This document shows, in pieces, positions 33,057-50,523 of a stretch of 64,000 nucleotides of DNA (its first letter is position 1; the number at the start of each line of letters is the position of its first letter). Source of the DNA: the human T2T-CHM13v2.0 reference genome, Homo sapiens; assembly GCF_009914755.1 (NCBI RefSeq), contig NC_060944.1. One strand, written 5' to 3'. Both the position numbers and the translations under genes were made by a program. The notes under the pieces are model-generated. The model did not search any database, was not told the DNA's origin, and worked only from the letters and a program-made list of their open reading frames with translations.

Positions 33057-36000
33057 TTACTTTTATTTTATTCTTAATACTGTTTCCAAAACTTTTATGG
33101 TGAACATGGTTGACTTTTATGATTGGGGGAAAATGTTCTCATTCATTCAATAATTGTAGGGATAGGTATCGACACTTTGTGCCACATGAGCAAAACACAG
33201 CAAGAATGGTTTCTGCCCTCACAAAACTTGTGATGGAGACGTTAAATAACCCAGCCAATAAAAAGACAAAGGACTACAAATTCCAATGAGAGCCAAGAAG
33301 GAAAACTACAGGGTGCCAGGAGAGAGAAGAATGGCAGCGTGGCCAGGCACAGTGGCTCATGCCTGTAATCCCAGAACTCTGGGAGGTTGAGGAAGGCAAT
33401 CACTTGAGGCCAGGAGTTCAAGACCAGCCTGGCCAACATGATGAAACCCCATCTCTACTAAAAATACAAAAATTAGCCAGGCGTGGTGGCACTTGCCTGT
33501 GGTCCCAGCTACTAGGGAGGCTGAGGCAGGAGAATCGCTTGAACACAAAGGCGGAGGCTGCAGTGAGCCAAGATCGTGCCACTGCGCTCCAGGCTGGGTG
33601 ACAGAGTGAGGCTCTGTTTCAAAATAAAAACAATGGCTAGGGTAGCCTACTTTAGAAGAGGTGACCGGGGAAGGCCTCTTGAAGGAGAAGCTGTTCGAGC
33701 TGAGACCTGCAGTGTGAGTGAGCCAGGTAAAATGTGGAGGAAAGGGTTCTGGGCAGTGGGAACAGAATGTGCAAAGGTCCTGGGGTGGAAATAAGGTGGG
33801 TCTATCTGAGAAACTAACAGAAAGCCAGTGCAGACAGTGAAATAAGCAAGAAATGGTAGGAAATGAGGTTGGAGAGGCAGGCAGAGGTCCAACTGCACAG
33901 GGCCTCAAGGGCTAGGCCAAAAATATGGGCACCATTCTGTGCGGAATGGTGATTCACTATTTTAAGCAGGAGAGTGATGTGATCTGAATATGTCAGACTT
34001 TTTTTTTTTCTTAAGAGAAGGGGTCTCACTATGTTGCCCAGGCTGGTCTGGAGCTCCTGGGCTCAAGCAATCCTCCTGCCTCAGATTCCTAATGTCATGC
34101 ACTTTTAGAAGAAAAGAGATTGAGCCAGAGCTACAAAGCTACAGACTCCCAGAGCTTTGGGGGAAATCCAGTGCTGTTTTATTGTGAGACATCAGGGATC
34201 AACCCTGAGATGTTCAAACCAACTACCCTGAGGGAGCTCATATCTCTGCCCAGTGTTGTTCTGAAGAGCGGTGGAGACAGGAGAAAGGAAGGCTGAAGGT
34301 GGAGGGAACTCCCTGCCTCACATCAGCTATCACTTTAGGCACTCAGAGCCACTGTCTTCTCTGATTCCCATAAGCCCCATCAAAGAGAAGCAGACAGGGA
34401 CTTGTTAGCCTATTTGACAGACAGAGAAACTGAGGCTCAGAGGAGCTGGCCCCATTCATTCGTGCATTCCTTCATTCATGCATTTACTGCACGCTAGGTG
34501 GAGACAGGGATGTGCAAGACGAGTGAGACACGCCCCAGCCCTCAGGCATCTCATGGACTATCGGATCAAGAAGACAAGGGGCATATCCTGGGACAAGGCT
34601 TTGCTCCAGACATGTCTGCCTTTGAATCTCAGTCCTGCCACTTCTGCAGAGAAGTAACTTCTCTGAACCGCAGTTTCTTCACGTCTAAATGGGGAAAGTG
34701 GTGATGCTGCTGAGGAGGAGGACGGGGGAGGAAGAGGAGGAGGAGCGAGGAGGAAGATAGGTTGTTGTAAGAGTGGAAAGCATTTGCTGAGTGCTCAGTA
34801 GTGGGATTTTGGAGGTTGTGGGCAACTCCTTCTGACCCAAGTTTTAGTGTGATTTCCATGACACACCCTGTCTCTCCATCCTGGGCAGCGTTAGTTCTCC
34901 CTTATGTGAAACCCAAGCTGGCTGAGCCCACAGGCAAATGCAGCCATAGTGACACTGGAGCTATTCAGAGCCAACCTGTTGCCCTTCTATAAAAAGATGC
35001 CCACTGGCATCCTGAACACACGAAACAATGTGTACCCAGTGGGTGCAAAGAGGCAGGGGGTGCTCAGAGGAGAAGCAGCAGAACCAGAGTGCCCATAAGC
35101 CACACGTCCTCTGGGAAGGAAGGGAAAGCCCTCTTGGGACAGACACACTCAATTTTGACTTACAAAGCAGAAACCACAGGCCTAACCCTGAGTATTGACA
35201 TCTGTGAGCAAGTGGATTGAAAAGAAACAGCCAAAACTGAAACATCTGCAAACACGTCTTAAATACAGTACTTCGCTTTGAAACCTCTTACACATTTGTG
35301 ACAAGGTTTGTTCACATATCTAGTTTGGGAGCATGTGCCCAGAAAACTTTATACCCCCATTGAAAATGAAACTTCAGGCCAGGCACGACGGCTCATGCCT
35401 GTAATCCCGGCACTTTGGAAGGCCGAGGAGGGTGGATCACCTGAGGTCAGGAATTCGAGACCAGCCTGGGAAATATAGTGAAACCTTGTCTCTACAAAAA
35501 ATACAAAAATTAGCCGGGCTTGGTGGCCTATAGTCCCAGCTACTTGGGGGGATGAGGTGGGAGGATCACGTGAGCCCAGGAGGCAGAGGTTGCAGTGAGC
35601 CAAGATCATGCCACTGCACTTCAGCCTGGGTGACAGAGTGAGACCCTGTCTCAAAAAAGAAGAAACTTCAGAGTGAGGTTAAAATGTCTCTATACCGGCT
35701 TTCTGTCTAGTAAAATCATTCTAAATGATCCATTTTTGGGAGGAGATAAAGAAACATAACCCCCCAAAATCCATATTTTACTGTTTCAAACAAGGTGTAA
35801 ATAGTTGTGAAAATCTAGATTCTGTAGATAGGAGAATGGCATAAAATCAAAGACCTGAGCGTGGCTGATGCAATAGTAGATAATGATGATGATAATAGAT
35901 TATGGAGACTCACATATCCTAGGCAGGGTGACATATTTCATCTTGTTTAATCCTCACAGCAACCCTATGATAGGCATGATTTCATCCCCACTTTATAGAT

Positions 36001-37754
36001 GAGGAAACTAAGGAACAAAAATATTAGATAATATCCCAAGGCCACACAGCCAGGAGGCAGCAGAACCAAGATTCATATCAAGGCCTGTCTGGCCCCAAAC
36101 TCTGTGACCAGAAACTCTGCCTTTTCCTAAACCATTGGTTCTTCACCGTTTATACATCACAAGGCCCATCAAGAATCTCATTAAAGCAACGTGGGGATAT
36201 CATTGAGCCCAGGAGTTTGAAACCAGCCTGGGCAACATAGTGAGATCCCATCTCTACCAAAAACATAGGAAAAAGCTAGCTGGGCATGATAACATGAACC
36301 TATAGTCTCAGTTAAGGTGGGAGGATGGCTTGAGCCCAAAAGGTCAAGGCTGCAGTGAGCTGTGATGGCACCACTACATTCCAGCCTGGGCAACAAAGTG
36401 AGACCCTGTCTCAAAAAAAAAAAAAAAGAATCTCATTAAACGTATCTCTGAGAAGTGAACATTAACACCAAATTTTATATGCAACTTCAGAGGGTCCAGG
36501 GACACAAACTGCCTGCAGTAGCCCCCCGTGACCTCGTGTGACTGGCAGAGATCTGACACTGATTACGCCAGAGGACTGAGCCAAGGAAGGCAGGCCATGG
36601 CCTCCGAGTTCCAGGGGCCTAGACAGACACAGACAAGCACATAAAAAGATAAAAGCATAAACATGTATGCAGACATGTGTGCGTCACTAAAGAATCCTTA
36701 AGTTTCTGTCCCTGGGACATCCTCGGCTCAACCTGGCCTATTGTGATCTCCTCACACAGAGGCTACTAAGAGTTGGCAGACTGCATTATCACTGGTCATT
36801 GTGATCTCAGCCAAGACTTGGCCAGCCTTGAAAAGGACTTCCCTTCAAAGAGTCTGCAGGTCAAATCGCTTAGGGCTCAGGGACAAACTGGCCGTTGTTC
36901 CCAGCTGATAAGCCACCCTATGTCACGTAATCCACCATGGGGACCCTGGATTAGCAGAAGTCAATGGCTGCCCCACCTCCTAAAGTTGAAGAGGAGAGAG
37001 ACAAAGAAGCAGGAAGCCCCGAGGCCCATCAGAGGCTGCCTCCCGGATGTGCCCCTTCCCCTTCATGACCTCTGCGGTTGGGTTCATTGTTTGGGTTCAG
37101 AGAATCATTCAAGGCACCAAACTCAAGGGCCACACCCACCAATGGGTGGCACAAATTTCATCTCAAAGATGATTCAATTTCCCTCAAATGTCCAAGAAAA
37201 ATAAGACCCAGGACAGTTGAGTTTCGTCTCCTACTTATCATCATGAATAAAACTCTAAGTTCTGCCCTCTGACATTTGATGCAAAGGTCTACGTATCTAA
37301 TACAAAGGTCTATGCACTGTCTGTTCAGCAATGTCCAAAGTGGGGCCTTTGACAAATGAAACCGTAGTTGAGGTTCATGGCATGAGAACCTCAGTGGAGC
37401 TGGAGAGGTCCTGCAGCCTAGGGAAGGCCAGGCAGCAGACATGCTGAGCCTGCTTGAAGGCAGGACCCCAGTCCAATGCCTAGCCTGCAGGTCCCTGAAG
37501 CGGGCATTCACCACCCCCTGAGGCAAAATCAGCTTCCTCACCTGGACTCTTGCTTTGTAAGGCTGTGGTTACACCAAACAGCATGATAGGACGCACAAAA
37601 CAAAATCACAAATCTTCAAGTGATAGGAACCTAGATGATGACTGGGCCTTCTCCTGCTGTACAGGGAAAGCCTCAGGCCCAAAGAATAGGTTCTAGAATT
37701 TGGGGAGCCATTCAATGAGATAACAGGTAAGAAGGAGCCCTGTCCAAAGACTAG

Positions 37755-37916
<162 letters not shown>

Positions 37917-39816
37917 TAGATAATTTTTGTATTTTTGTGGAGACAGGGTTTCGCCATGCTGCCCAGGCTGGTCTTGTACTCGTGAGCTCAAGCAATCTAC
38001 CTGCCTTGGCCTCCCAAAGTGTTGGGGTTACAGGCATGAGCCATTGCTCCCAGCTGAATTTCTTAAATATAAATGAGAACCTCAGCAGCCTAGTGACACC
38101 ATTCAAGTCTCATTCCAGGGGCAACCAGGGGAAGCAAAGTGGGCTGAGCCAGTTATGTAACTCCCAAGCTTAAACCCCTCCACCTTCCAATCACCCTGAA
38201 AACAAAAATCCAAAGTCTACCACAGTGTATCCCTCAGGATGCATCTGGTCACAGGCAACAGAAAACAGGCCCTTATTGATGATTTCACCTGGAAGGCGTT
38301 CAGAGCAGGGCAGCTCCTTGCCTGGTAACATCTGCGGATCAACATCTTCCTTCCCATTTCTCTACTGTCTCCTTCATCTTCAGCCAAGCTCTCACCCCTA
38401 GAGCTACTCAAGCTCATGCCCATTCAGGTTTTTTATACTTTCCAACCACCCTGCATCCATTACTCACTCCCCAGGTCTTTGCATGGTTCGATCCATCATC
38501 ATGTCACCCACGTCTGGGATAAAATGTCACTCAGCACAGAGGTGTGGGTCCAAAGGAATCTCACCCCCTCTTCTCCATCATCTTTGTTTCTCTTTCTTCA
38601 CACATGTATCATTATCAAGAATTGTCAGGCTGAGTGCTGTGGCTCACATCTGTAATCCCAGCACTTTGGGAGTCCAAGGCAGGTGGATTCCTTGAGTCCA
38701 GGAATTTGAGACCAGCCTGGGCAACATGGCGAAACCCTGTCTCCACTAAAAATAGAAAAATTAGCTGGGCGTGGTACCACGCGCCTTTAGTCCCAGCTAC
38801 TTGGGAGGTGAGAGGATTGCTTGAACCCAGGAGGCAAAAGTTGCAGTGAGCCAAGATCATACCACTGCACTCCAGCCTGGGAGACAGAGCGAGACTCTGT
38901 CTCAAAAAAAAAAAAAAATAGAATTGTCCTGTTATCAGTGTCCCCCACTAAGGGGTGAACTGCATGAGGGAGGACACAGTATGGCATGTCCCCTGCCTGA
39001 TCCCTACCACCCACCACAGTACCTGGCAGGGAGAAAGTGCAGGGGCTGTTTGCTGAAAGAATGCATGTGTTGCACACATGCTGGAACCCTGACAACTTCC
39101 CACTTCATTTCCAGAAAGGAAAAGTCGGTACTGGAAGGTCATTTTATGTCCAGTAGGACAATCCAAGCCCAAATCCTAGACCAGCTCCAGACTTCTGGGT
39201 GTCTTGGGGCATGTGACCCCTGCTCTGGAACTCTGTCCTCACCTACAAAATGAGGGTGCAGAATGGACTAGACTAGTGGTTCTCCAATCTGGGCCGCCTG
39301 CAGAGAGGCCTTCTAAAACAAATTCCTGCACCTCCACCCTTACTTATTAAAGCAGGATCCAGAAGTTGGGGAAGAGAGGAACCAAGAATTAAAACCTGTA
39401 ACATACGCACCAAGGTGATAATGATGTCTATTGGGACCTTCAGGTTCTTCTGAACTCAGAGGTACTGGAATAAAGGGCAGGCCCAGGCCCATGGCTGCCA
39501 CATGGACTCTCCAGAGAACCTTCCAGATGCTCTGCCCAAGCCCAGCTCGTGCAGCTCCCGGAACCAGCTTCCTTTCCCTCCAAGCCTGATCCATGCTCAT
39601 TCACTCATCCCTGGGATGAGCTAGGAGTGTCAGTCTCTCCCAGCTGACCATCAGCAGCCTTAGGGCTGGAACCCTGTCTGTGATATGCAATGTTCTACTG
39701 CTGTCCAGAAACACTGCCTGGCACAATATGTGTCTGTGGGAATGAAGGAATGAACAAGAGCACGCAGGCCCATTACTGTGGGGCTTTTTGGAGCCTGCAA
39801 TGAATTAAGATGCTCA

Positions 39817-39993
<177 letters not shown>

Positions 39994-39996
39994 TCA

Positions 39997-40179
<183 letters not shown>

Positions 40180-40383
40180 TCAGGCCCAGAGCCTGGACCA
40201 TGAAACAGAGGTTGGGACACATTTGCCATAGGGAACAGGGACTGCCCCATACAGTCAGTACTCTATGAATGCACAAGAATGTCATGTATCTTGGGGGCTG
40301 ATTGAATCCAATAGACAGGGGCCATCTACTCTACTTACTTCAGGCACGTTTGAACTGAATTAACTACCTAGACGCATTCATAA

Positions 40384-40527
<144 letters not shown>

Positions 40528-41244
40528 TGAGTAGCTGGGATTATAGGCATGTGTCACCATGCCTGGCTAATTTTTTGTATTTTTGGTAGAGATGGGGTTT
40601 CACCATGTTGGCCAGGATGGTCTCAATCTCCTGACCTCATGATCTGCCCACCTTGGCCTCCCAAAGTGCTAGGATTACAGGCATGAGCCACCGCATCTGA
40701 CCCTGTCAACTTCTATACTAAATTATTTATCTGCTTCTTCTAATCTTCCCAGCAACCTTCTCCCAGGAGAGGTGAATGCCCCAAACTCACCTCAGGGCCG
40801 CCCACTCACTACAGAGCCTGTGAACACTTTTCTGTCTACCTGGGATGTTTCTCTGCAGGATGATCATAGATCACCTCAGTGACACCCGCTCATCCTTCAG
40901 ACAGCAGCTCTCACATCACCTCCTAAGGGAAGCCCTCCCAGATTTCTCCTGTTCCCTCACAGAACTGGGCTCCTTTCCCTCAGAACATACCCTTTCTTCA
41001 CTAGTCCCTCAATAAGTAGTGGCGTACACTGAATTACTTCATTCACATCTGTCCCACGCATAAAACTGGAAGAGCCCCACCACCAGAGACAGGGTTGGGT
41101 CTTTCCCACCTGCCAGAGCCTGGCACATTTGTAACCAGAGAAGTGCATGATGGTAATGGAAGCCAAGGACCACACAACCGGCAAGCGGCCTACCCAGGAT
41201 CTGAGCCCAGAACTTTCTGACTCCAGGCCAGGCGTGGTGGCTCA

Positions 41245-41496
<252 letters not shown>

Positions 41497-41720
41497 TCAA
41501 AAAAACAAAAAAAACTTTCTGACTCCAGTGCCCAGAGTCAGTGGCTCAGCAGCTCATGGACTCAGTGCTGAGTGCCGTCCATGCCCAGAGCACAGCACGG
41601 GCACCAGAGAGGGCTCCCCTAGGGCTGCTACCTGCCAGCCTCTCAGGTCCCTCTGCTCTGTCACTCTCTAGTGCCCCAATGGCTCCTAACGGCTTAAAAT
41701 GGAGAATTAAAATCAGGAGA

Positions 41721-42595
<875 letters not shown>

Positions 42596-42788
42596 GAGAG
42601 ACAGACACCTGGCCTGCCCGCCCCCTTCACAAGAAGCTCCAAGCACTCCGAACATCTTTCAGGAAGACACTGGCAATGTTGCAGCAATGAGAAGGGGATG
42701 ATTTGGAAGGCAGCCTGAATCACGCTGCCCTTATCAGCATGCTTGGATTGTGTCCCTTCTTGTCTGACTTTTCAGACAGACATTGGGC

Positions 42789-42795
42789 TATAAAA
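42789..42795 (+). promoter_or_regulatory. BPIFB9P: Candidate TATA box of BPIFB9P
   Basis: TATAAAA about 30 nt before a short exon ending in a strong donor. Confidence 0.65.
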
Positions 42796-42818
42796 TTGGG
42801 ATGCAGCTCTGTCATCAA

Positions 42819-42885
42819 CAGTCTGGCGGCAGGAGCAGAAGGAAAGGCAGCTTCCGAAAACTTGGACCCATCCACCCCAGGCAAG
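42819..42885 (+). other. BPIFB9P: Candidate non-coding exon 1 of BPIFB9P (TSS approximate)
   Basis: Ends AAG|GTAAGA; BPIF genes typically have a short non-coding first exon. Confidence 0.6.
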
Positions 42886-44464
42886 GTAAGAACTTGCTGC
42901 GTCGAACGGGTGAAAGAGAAGGTCCAGCTCTCAGGTAGCAACAAGCAACGCACAGTCCATCTAAGGACCCATAACGAGGGTTTATGCATTTTTTGATCGC
43001 TTTAGCAATGTCCCTCCCCTGCTGAAATGCACTCTGCCTAGCACAGGGAAGGTGGTTGACAATTGCCTGTTATGCATTGGTTTTCAGAGAATGGATTTAG
43101 TCCTGGGATTCTCAAAAGGTTTCACTCAAGTCAAAGTCTGACAATATTGCCATCAACTCAGTCACAGGCATAGATTTTTTTTTTCTGCGAAAGTATGCTT
43201 AGATGTCATGTGAGATACTGAGGTTGAATTTCCCGCAGATGAGAGTAAAATTTTAAAAACTAATGAAGCTGTGTTGAGATTTTTTTCATAAGGCCTAATT
43301 AATTCAAACTGAAGAATTCTCACTGGCTTCATTCAGATTGTACCCTTCCTCACATTCCTGCCATAGCTGCTCTTCTTTTTTAGGGATAGAGTCTCGATCT
43401 GTTGCCCAGGCTGGAGTGCAGTGGTGTGAACTTGTCTCACTGCAGCCTCAACTTCCTGGGCTCAACCGATCCTCCCACCTCAGCCTCCCAAGTAGCTGAG
43501 ATTACAGGTGTGAACCACCACACCCAGCTAATTTTTTTTTTTTTTTTTTTTTGTAGAGACGGGGTCTCACCCTTTTACCCAGGCCGGGATAGACACTTTT
43601 TTAGGGTGTTGGCAAATGGCAAATGGCTTGCTTTTGTTAATGCCTATACATGGCAAGGGCAAAGATTCACAACCCAGCCTGGCGCAGTGGTTCACACCTG
43701 TAATCCCAGCACTTTGGGAGGCCGAGGCAAGTGGATCACCTGAGGTCAAGAGTCAGAGACCAGCCTGACCAACATAGTGAAACCTCTTCTCTACTAAAAA
43801 TACAAAAATTAGCTGGGTGTGGTGGTGTGCACCTGTAATCCCAGCTACTCAGGAGGCTGAGGCACGAGAGTCACTTGAGCCTGGGAAGTAGAGGCTGCAG
43901 TAAGCCAAGATTGCCCCACTGCACTCCAGCCTGGGTGACAGAGCAAGACCTTGTGGGGGGGGGGGAAAAAAGGCCCCCAACCCAATTTTACAAAACAAGC
44001 TCACCTTGCCTCACCAAGGTAAAATGCCAGGGGACACAAACCTCCACCTCACCCTAAACATTAGAGGGAAAAACTTGGGAATCACACTTTTGGAGGAAAG
44101 TGAGGGTCAGTGGTGGGGATCAATCTCTGAAAGTCACCCAGCACAGCTCACACTCAAACAGGGGTGTCCTGACTGGGTGTGGAACCAGCTCTCTGCCTCC
44201 TGAGTCTCAGAATCCTCAGTGTGAGCAGACATATGCACACACCCCAGTGACAAGAGATAGACCTGAGAGTGCAGCTGCAGGATTCAGAACTCTCCAGTTC
44301 CCCAGTTAGTGACTCAGATGGCTCCAGGGATGTGACAGAGGAAGGTGGCATGAGAATATGTGACCTGAAGGTAACACCAGTGAGCAGGGCTTGGCCTGTA
44401 CTTAAACGCAATGACCAGCCTGGAGAGTAGGTCTATGCACAGTTGAAAAGAAGTAGGGAGGTCA

Positions 44465-44794
<330 letters not shown>

Positions 44795-44928
44795 CTAGAA
44801 TATCTACGATGGGAATGGCACCCTCCCGCAAGGGCCAGGACCCTGGTATGTGGACGTCCTACACAAACGTACATTGTGGCCTGATGGTCCCTGGGGAATG
44901 TGGTGTCTGAAGAAGCCCTCTTTTGCAG

Positions 44929-45184
44929 GTATCAGCCACCACGATGCTGACTCTCTGGGCCCTGGCTGTCATGTTGGCGGTCGAGGAAGCACTTGGCCAG
45001 CTGGAGCTCGCAGATAGGCCTTCCCTAATACCCACTTTGCCTGTCCGTTTTCCACCTGGATTGCTCCCTGGAAGTCTGTCAGTCTCAAAAGTCCCTCTAA
45101 CCGGAAAATACCCAGCGAGGACCAAAGGAGGCAGGTGTCCACCCGTCACCAAGTACTTCATATCTGACAGCAAACTCGAAGACT
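44929..45184 (+). pseudogene. BPIFB9P: BPIFB9P first coding exon (ATG 44944), signal peptide plus Pro-rich segment, intact
   Basis: ttgcag|gtatcagccaccacgATG; MLTLWALAVMLAVEEALG...KLED T|gtaagt. Confidence 0.9.
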
Positions 45185-46536
45185 GTAAGTAAGGGCTACA
45201 CACCCTTGGTCCTTTCAGCCCCTCACGCAGGCTTCTCATTCCTAAGCTCAGCGGGGGGTTCTGTCTTCTGAACATGTGGGTCCCGAACATGAGGGGGTGT
45301 TGGACTCACCTTAGAAGCTTGTGATAGAACAGTTGCCCAGGCCCCCCTAGCCATTCTGGTCCGGCACTACTGCAGTGGGCCTGAGAGTCTGGCTTCCTCA
45401 TCTGCTCCAAGATGGCACTGAGGCTGCTTGTCCAGGGTCCACACGTAGGTTAGGGGTGGTCTACACAACCCTGGAGGAGGGAACTCTCCCACCCGGCAGA
45501 CTGATTACCTCCCACCTCACCTGGAGACTGTGCGGAGAGACTGCCCATCCCCTCCCTGCTGGGCCCCAGGGCTCACCCAGACTCCCACAGGTGCTGAAAC
45601 CTCAATCCGCTTTAACAGGAGCCAGGAAATGGGAAATCTGGGCCCCGCCATCATCCCCTTGACCAGACTTGTTCTCTCCAAACTCCTTTTGTTCACTCAC
45701 TCCCTGAGTCTCACCTCCTGCATTAGACAATGAGGAATTCTTTCCTCCAAGAACCCCGCAGAGGGTGAGGGCAGAGCAACTCAGGAATTTAAGGCTGGGC
45801 AAAGAAGTGACTCCCACTGAGGAGCCAGAAGGAGCAGGGATTTATTAGCAAATGAAGGCCAGCAGGAAGGCTCTCAGTGCTCTGACGCCAGCCTCGCAGT
45901 CATGGCCCACCTCAGCCATCCAGGATGAGAGGACAGGGCCACACAGGGAGACCTGGCACATGCTGCATGACCAAAGGGCCAGCCCCACAACTACAATGCG
46001 GACTGCTTTGACTCGGGAAGAACATGTGCTTTGCTCTTCCAGCAGCCTTCCTTGGTACAAAATACTTCAAATATATAGAAAAAAGACCAGACATGGTTTA
46101 AAAAAAAAAAAAAAAGACAGCTTTGTACCCATCACACAGTGATTTGGAGGTAATGGTGGTTAATTTTGGTTGCTTTGTTTTGTTTTTGTTTGTGTTTGTG
46201 TTGAGACAGGGTCTTGCTCTGTTGCCTAGGCTGCAGTCCAGTGGCACGAGGCCCCTTCACTCCATGCCCAAATCCCTTTAGATGTACTCAACAGCAGGCT
46301 GATCTCATAGTAGTTACTAATAAATGGTAGCTCTTAATAAGGGCACAGGCAAATTTCTCTGACACCAGGCTGTCCTTGGAGTAGGCAGTAGCAAGCACTG
46401 TTTTTTCCAGGAGGCACCATATACAGTTCCTATGGACCCCTCAATTCAAAGGTGCCAGCTGCCTGGCAGGAAAGCTTCTTCTTGCTGAACCAACTGGGAA
46501 GGCCACAGCAAGAATGTGTCTCTTGACCCTTTTCAG

Positions 46537-47029
46537 ATATGAATGCCACCTTGCCCCTGCAGATTGAGAAGATTCTGAAGTGTGAGAAGGTTAACTTGGC
46601 TGGTTTGCTTGGGACCGTATTATCCACAGTGAGCGACTTGGACCTGCTGTCTCTATTAGACCTCACTTCACCCCTTGATATACTTGGAGGTGCCAGCCTC
46701 AGTGGTATCCTAGGTGAGGGAAGTGGCGGCAAGTCCTCGAAACTTCCATTGCTCTCAGAACTCACTGGTGCTGTCAGTGGTCTGCTACCCCAGGGGACGG
46801 AGGGTCTGGTGAGCCTACTACCCACTGGTTCAGACAAGAACCCTGTAAAAGGACTCCTCGGTGGCACTGGTCTCTCCACTCTCCAGCGGCCTCTGAAGGA
46901 TGTGACCGACAAAGTCCAAGACCTCAAAGAGTCTGCTCAGGGCGTGCTGAACAGCACCCTGCCCTCAGGCATCAGCGATGCACTCCCAGACCTGCTGAAA
47001 AATGCTGACCTGGAACAGCTCTTGCTGGG
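46537..47029 (+). pseudogene. BPIFB9P: BPIFB9P 493-bp Gly/Leu-rich exon, intact
   Basis: tttcag|AT ATG AAT...CTG GG|gtaagt; YMNATLPLQIEKILKCEKVNLAGLLG...LEQLLLG. Confidence 0.92.
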
Positions 47030-47374
47030 GTAAGTGCTTCCTTGACCCTATGTATGACTTCTCCACCAGAAACCTGCTGATTTGGATGCTCATGTTCAAC
47101 TTCCAACAGTCCCACGGATTGGGATGGGTATATTGCTTGAGATTGATATATTTCACCAGAAATATTCTCGCTCTATGCTGTGCCTATATCCTTTCAGGGG
47201 GAAACAGGATCAAGATTTTTGAGCTTATAGGCCTGGGCACATTAGACAGCTGAGGGGTCAAGGGACTGGATGGTGGCTTGGTAGGCTGTTAATTATCTGC
47301 TTCAAAGGCATTTCTCCTGCTGTCCAGGCTGATTCGTTGAAACAGGACTGACTCTTGATGCTTTCGCTTTGCAG

Positions 47375-47476
47375 ATTACAGGTTGAAAAAGTAACTGTGG
47401 AGAGCATGAAGTCAACCACGACAGGCGATGGGATCCATGTCCAAGCCATGACTACGGCCTTCATAGGTGGAAAAGG
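47375..47476 (+). pseudogene. BPIFB9P: BPIFB9P 102-bp exon, intact
   Basis: ttgcag|A TTA...AAA GG|gtgagt; LQVEKVTVESMKSTTTGDGIHVQAMTTAFIGGKG. Confidence 0.88.
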
Positions 47477-47719
47477 GTGAGTCTGTGCACACAGCAGTCC
47501 ACTGGGTCACCCTGCCCCAGGGTTGTAACATCCAGTGAGCAAAGACCAGGTAGAGACAACAGAGAGGACAGCAGCATGGGTGAGGATGGGGCAAAGCGGG
47601 CACTGCACACAGCTGCCCCTCTGCCCCAGTACAGGTGGGCAAGGCAAGAGAATGGTCCAGGGAGCCTCATCCTCCAATAATGTGAACAAAAATGTTGACG
47701 GGCTGGGTGTGGTGGCTCA

Positions 47720-48041
<322 letters not shown>

Positions 48042-48286
48042 CTAGGGAAGGCAAAACTAGGTCATGAAAAGTGCTGAAAGAGGCAAGGTTTTAGACTCAG
48101 TTAGTTTCACTTACAGGAATCTGTCCAAAAAACCTAAGTACAGATACATTTAAACACAAAGACATAGGGGTATTCATGATGGGAATTTAAAAAACAAAAA
48201 ACCTGAAACAAAAAGCAAATAATTAAACCAAGTACAAGATTAGAAATGCTGACAACATTTATAATGGTATACAGAAATGCTTGTGA

Positions 48287-48795
<509 letters not shown>

Positions 48796-49844
48796 TAGTA
48801 AAGATGGGGTTTCTCCATGTTCATCAGGCTGGTCTCAAACTCCTGACCTCAAATGATCTGCATGCCTCGGCCTCCCAAAGTGCTGGGATTACACGTGTGC
48901 ACCACCATGCCCAGCTATTGTTGGTTTTTAAACTAACAATAGCAAAGTTTACTTTGCTGAAACTTCTAACTTTCCTGCTCTGTGGAGTTTGCATTTCATA
49001 AGCAGGGGGAAATGCATATTAACCAATGAAGGTCAGAATATCCATGAAAGGAAATTACAGACAAGATGGGCTTTGGAATGTGGGAAGGAATGAGGGCCTG
49101 CCAGGCTGACAGTGCATGTACAGGAAGGTAAGGAATGTGACTGTTGGCCAGGCGAGGTGGCTCACACCTAGAATCCCAGCACTTTGGGAGGCCAAGGTGA
49201 GTGGGTCGCTTGAATCCAGGAGTTGGAAACCAGCCTGAGCAACATGACAAAATCCTGTCCCTACAAAAAATCCAAAAATCAGCCAGGCATGGTGGCATGT
49301 GCCTGTAGTCCTAGCTGCTAGGGAGGCTGAGGTGGAAGGATCACTTGGATAGGAGGAGGCAGAGGTTGCAGTGAGCCGAGATTGCACCGCTGCACTCCAG
49401 CCTGGCAACAGAGTGAGACTCTGTCTCAAAAAAAAAAAAAAGTGACACAGATACACACACACACACACACACACACCTTACTGGTAGAAACACTTAAACA
49501 AGGGCCATTCACCTGAAAAATAATGAATGTGGCTTCTCCTGGAAAGTCAGAGATCTGGGTGCCCTGAGCCTAACTGCATGGGGTCCACGGGCAGCCGGAG
49601 CTCAGCAGCAGCTCCTCCTTCACCAGGTGCCTGCCCTCAGGGCACTGCAAACCCCACCATGCCCACGGTCCCGCACCACAGTGGAGTTGGGGAGGTCAAC
49701 AGCCACGTGTCCTCAGGCTCCTCCCACAGCAATACCTTCAGGACCACCTCACCCTCCACCTCCCCAGTCAGACCTCCAAAGGCATTGAAATGGGTGTCGG
49801 TCTCATGTGATTACCGAGATGTTTTTTCTGCTTTTTCACTCTAG

Positions 49845-49991
49845 GCTAAAGCCCACTTTAACAAAAATACCGTCACTGTGCCTGGAAGTTCTCTCTCTTC
49901 AGACACTAAAAATGTCAGCGTTTCCCTAATTCTGTCCTACACGATGCTGAAGGTCATCATCACTCACACTGCCAAGCAGAGCTCTGTGCAG
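49845..49991 (+). pseudogene. BPIFB9P: BPIFB9P 147-bp exon, own frame open but phase-incompatible with the upstream exon
   Basis: ctctag|GCT...CAG|gtaagg; AKAHFNKNTVTVPGSSLSSDTKNVSVSLILSYTMLKVIITHTAKQSSVQ. Confidence 0.88.
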
Positions 49992-50331
49992 GTAAGGGTC
50001 GTCCACAGGGCCCGGCGTGGCTCAGCACTTTCCTCAAGCTCAGCCGGTCAGCCTCTGACAGCAAGAAGGTGGGGGTGAAAGTGGATTCTGAATGTTCTTT
50101 CAGGTTAATACACGACTGCCATGGGATGCACCTTTTCCCTTCATTGTCATGTAAATGGGTCCTGGTTTATGTTGGTGGAAAGCAGAGAACAGGGACTTGG
50201 GGAGAAAAATGTGGTCTGAAGCCGGGTGAGGTGGCTCATGCCAGTAATCCCCACACTTTGGGAGGCCGAGGCAGGCAAATTGCTTGAGTCCAGGAGTTCA
50301 AGACCAGCGTGGACAACATGTTGTCACCTTA

Positions 50332-50523
<192 letters not shown>

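Noticed and set aside
34987-34995. TATAAAAAG in the spacer as the promoter of a further lost BPIF gene
   Set aside because: No downstream signal-peptide or BPI-like exon found between 35 and 42 kb
36773-37204. 143-aa non-repeat ORF followed by AATAAA (~37246)
   Set aside because: Non-ATG start, no recognisable homology or exon partners
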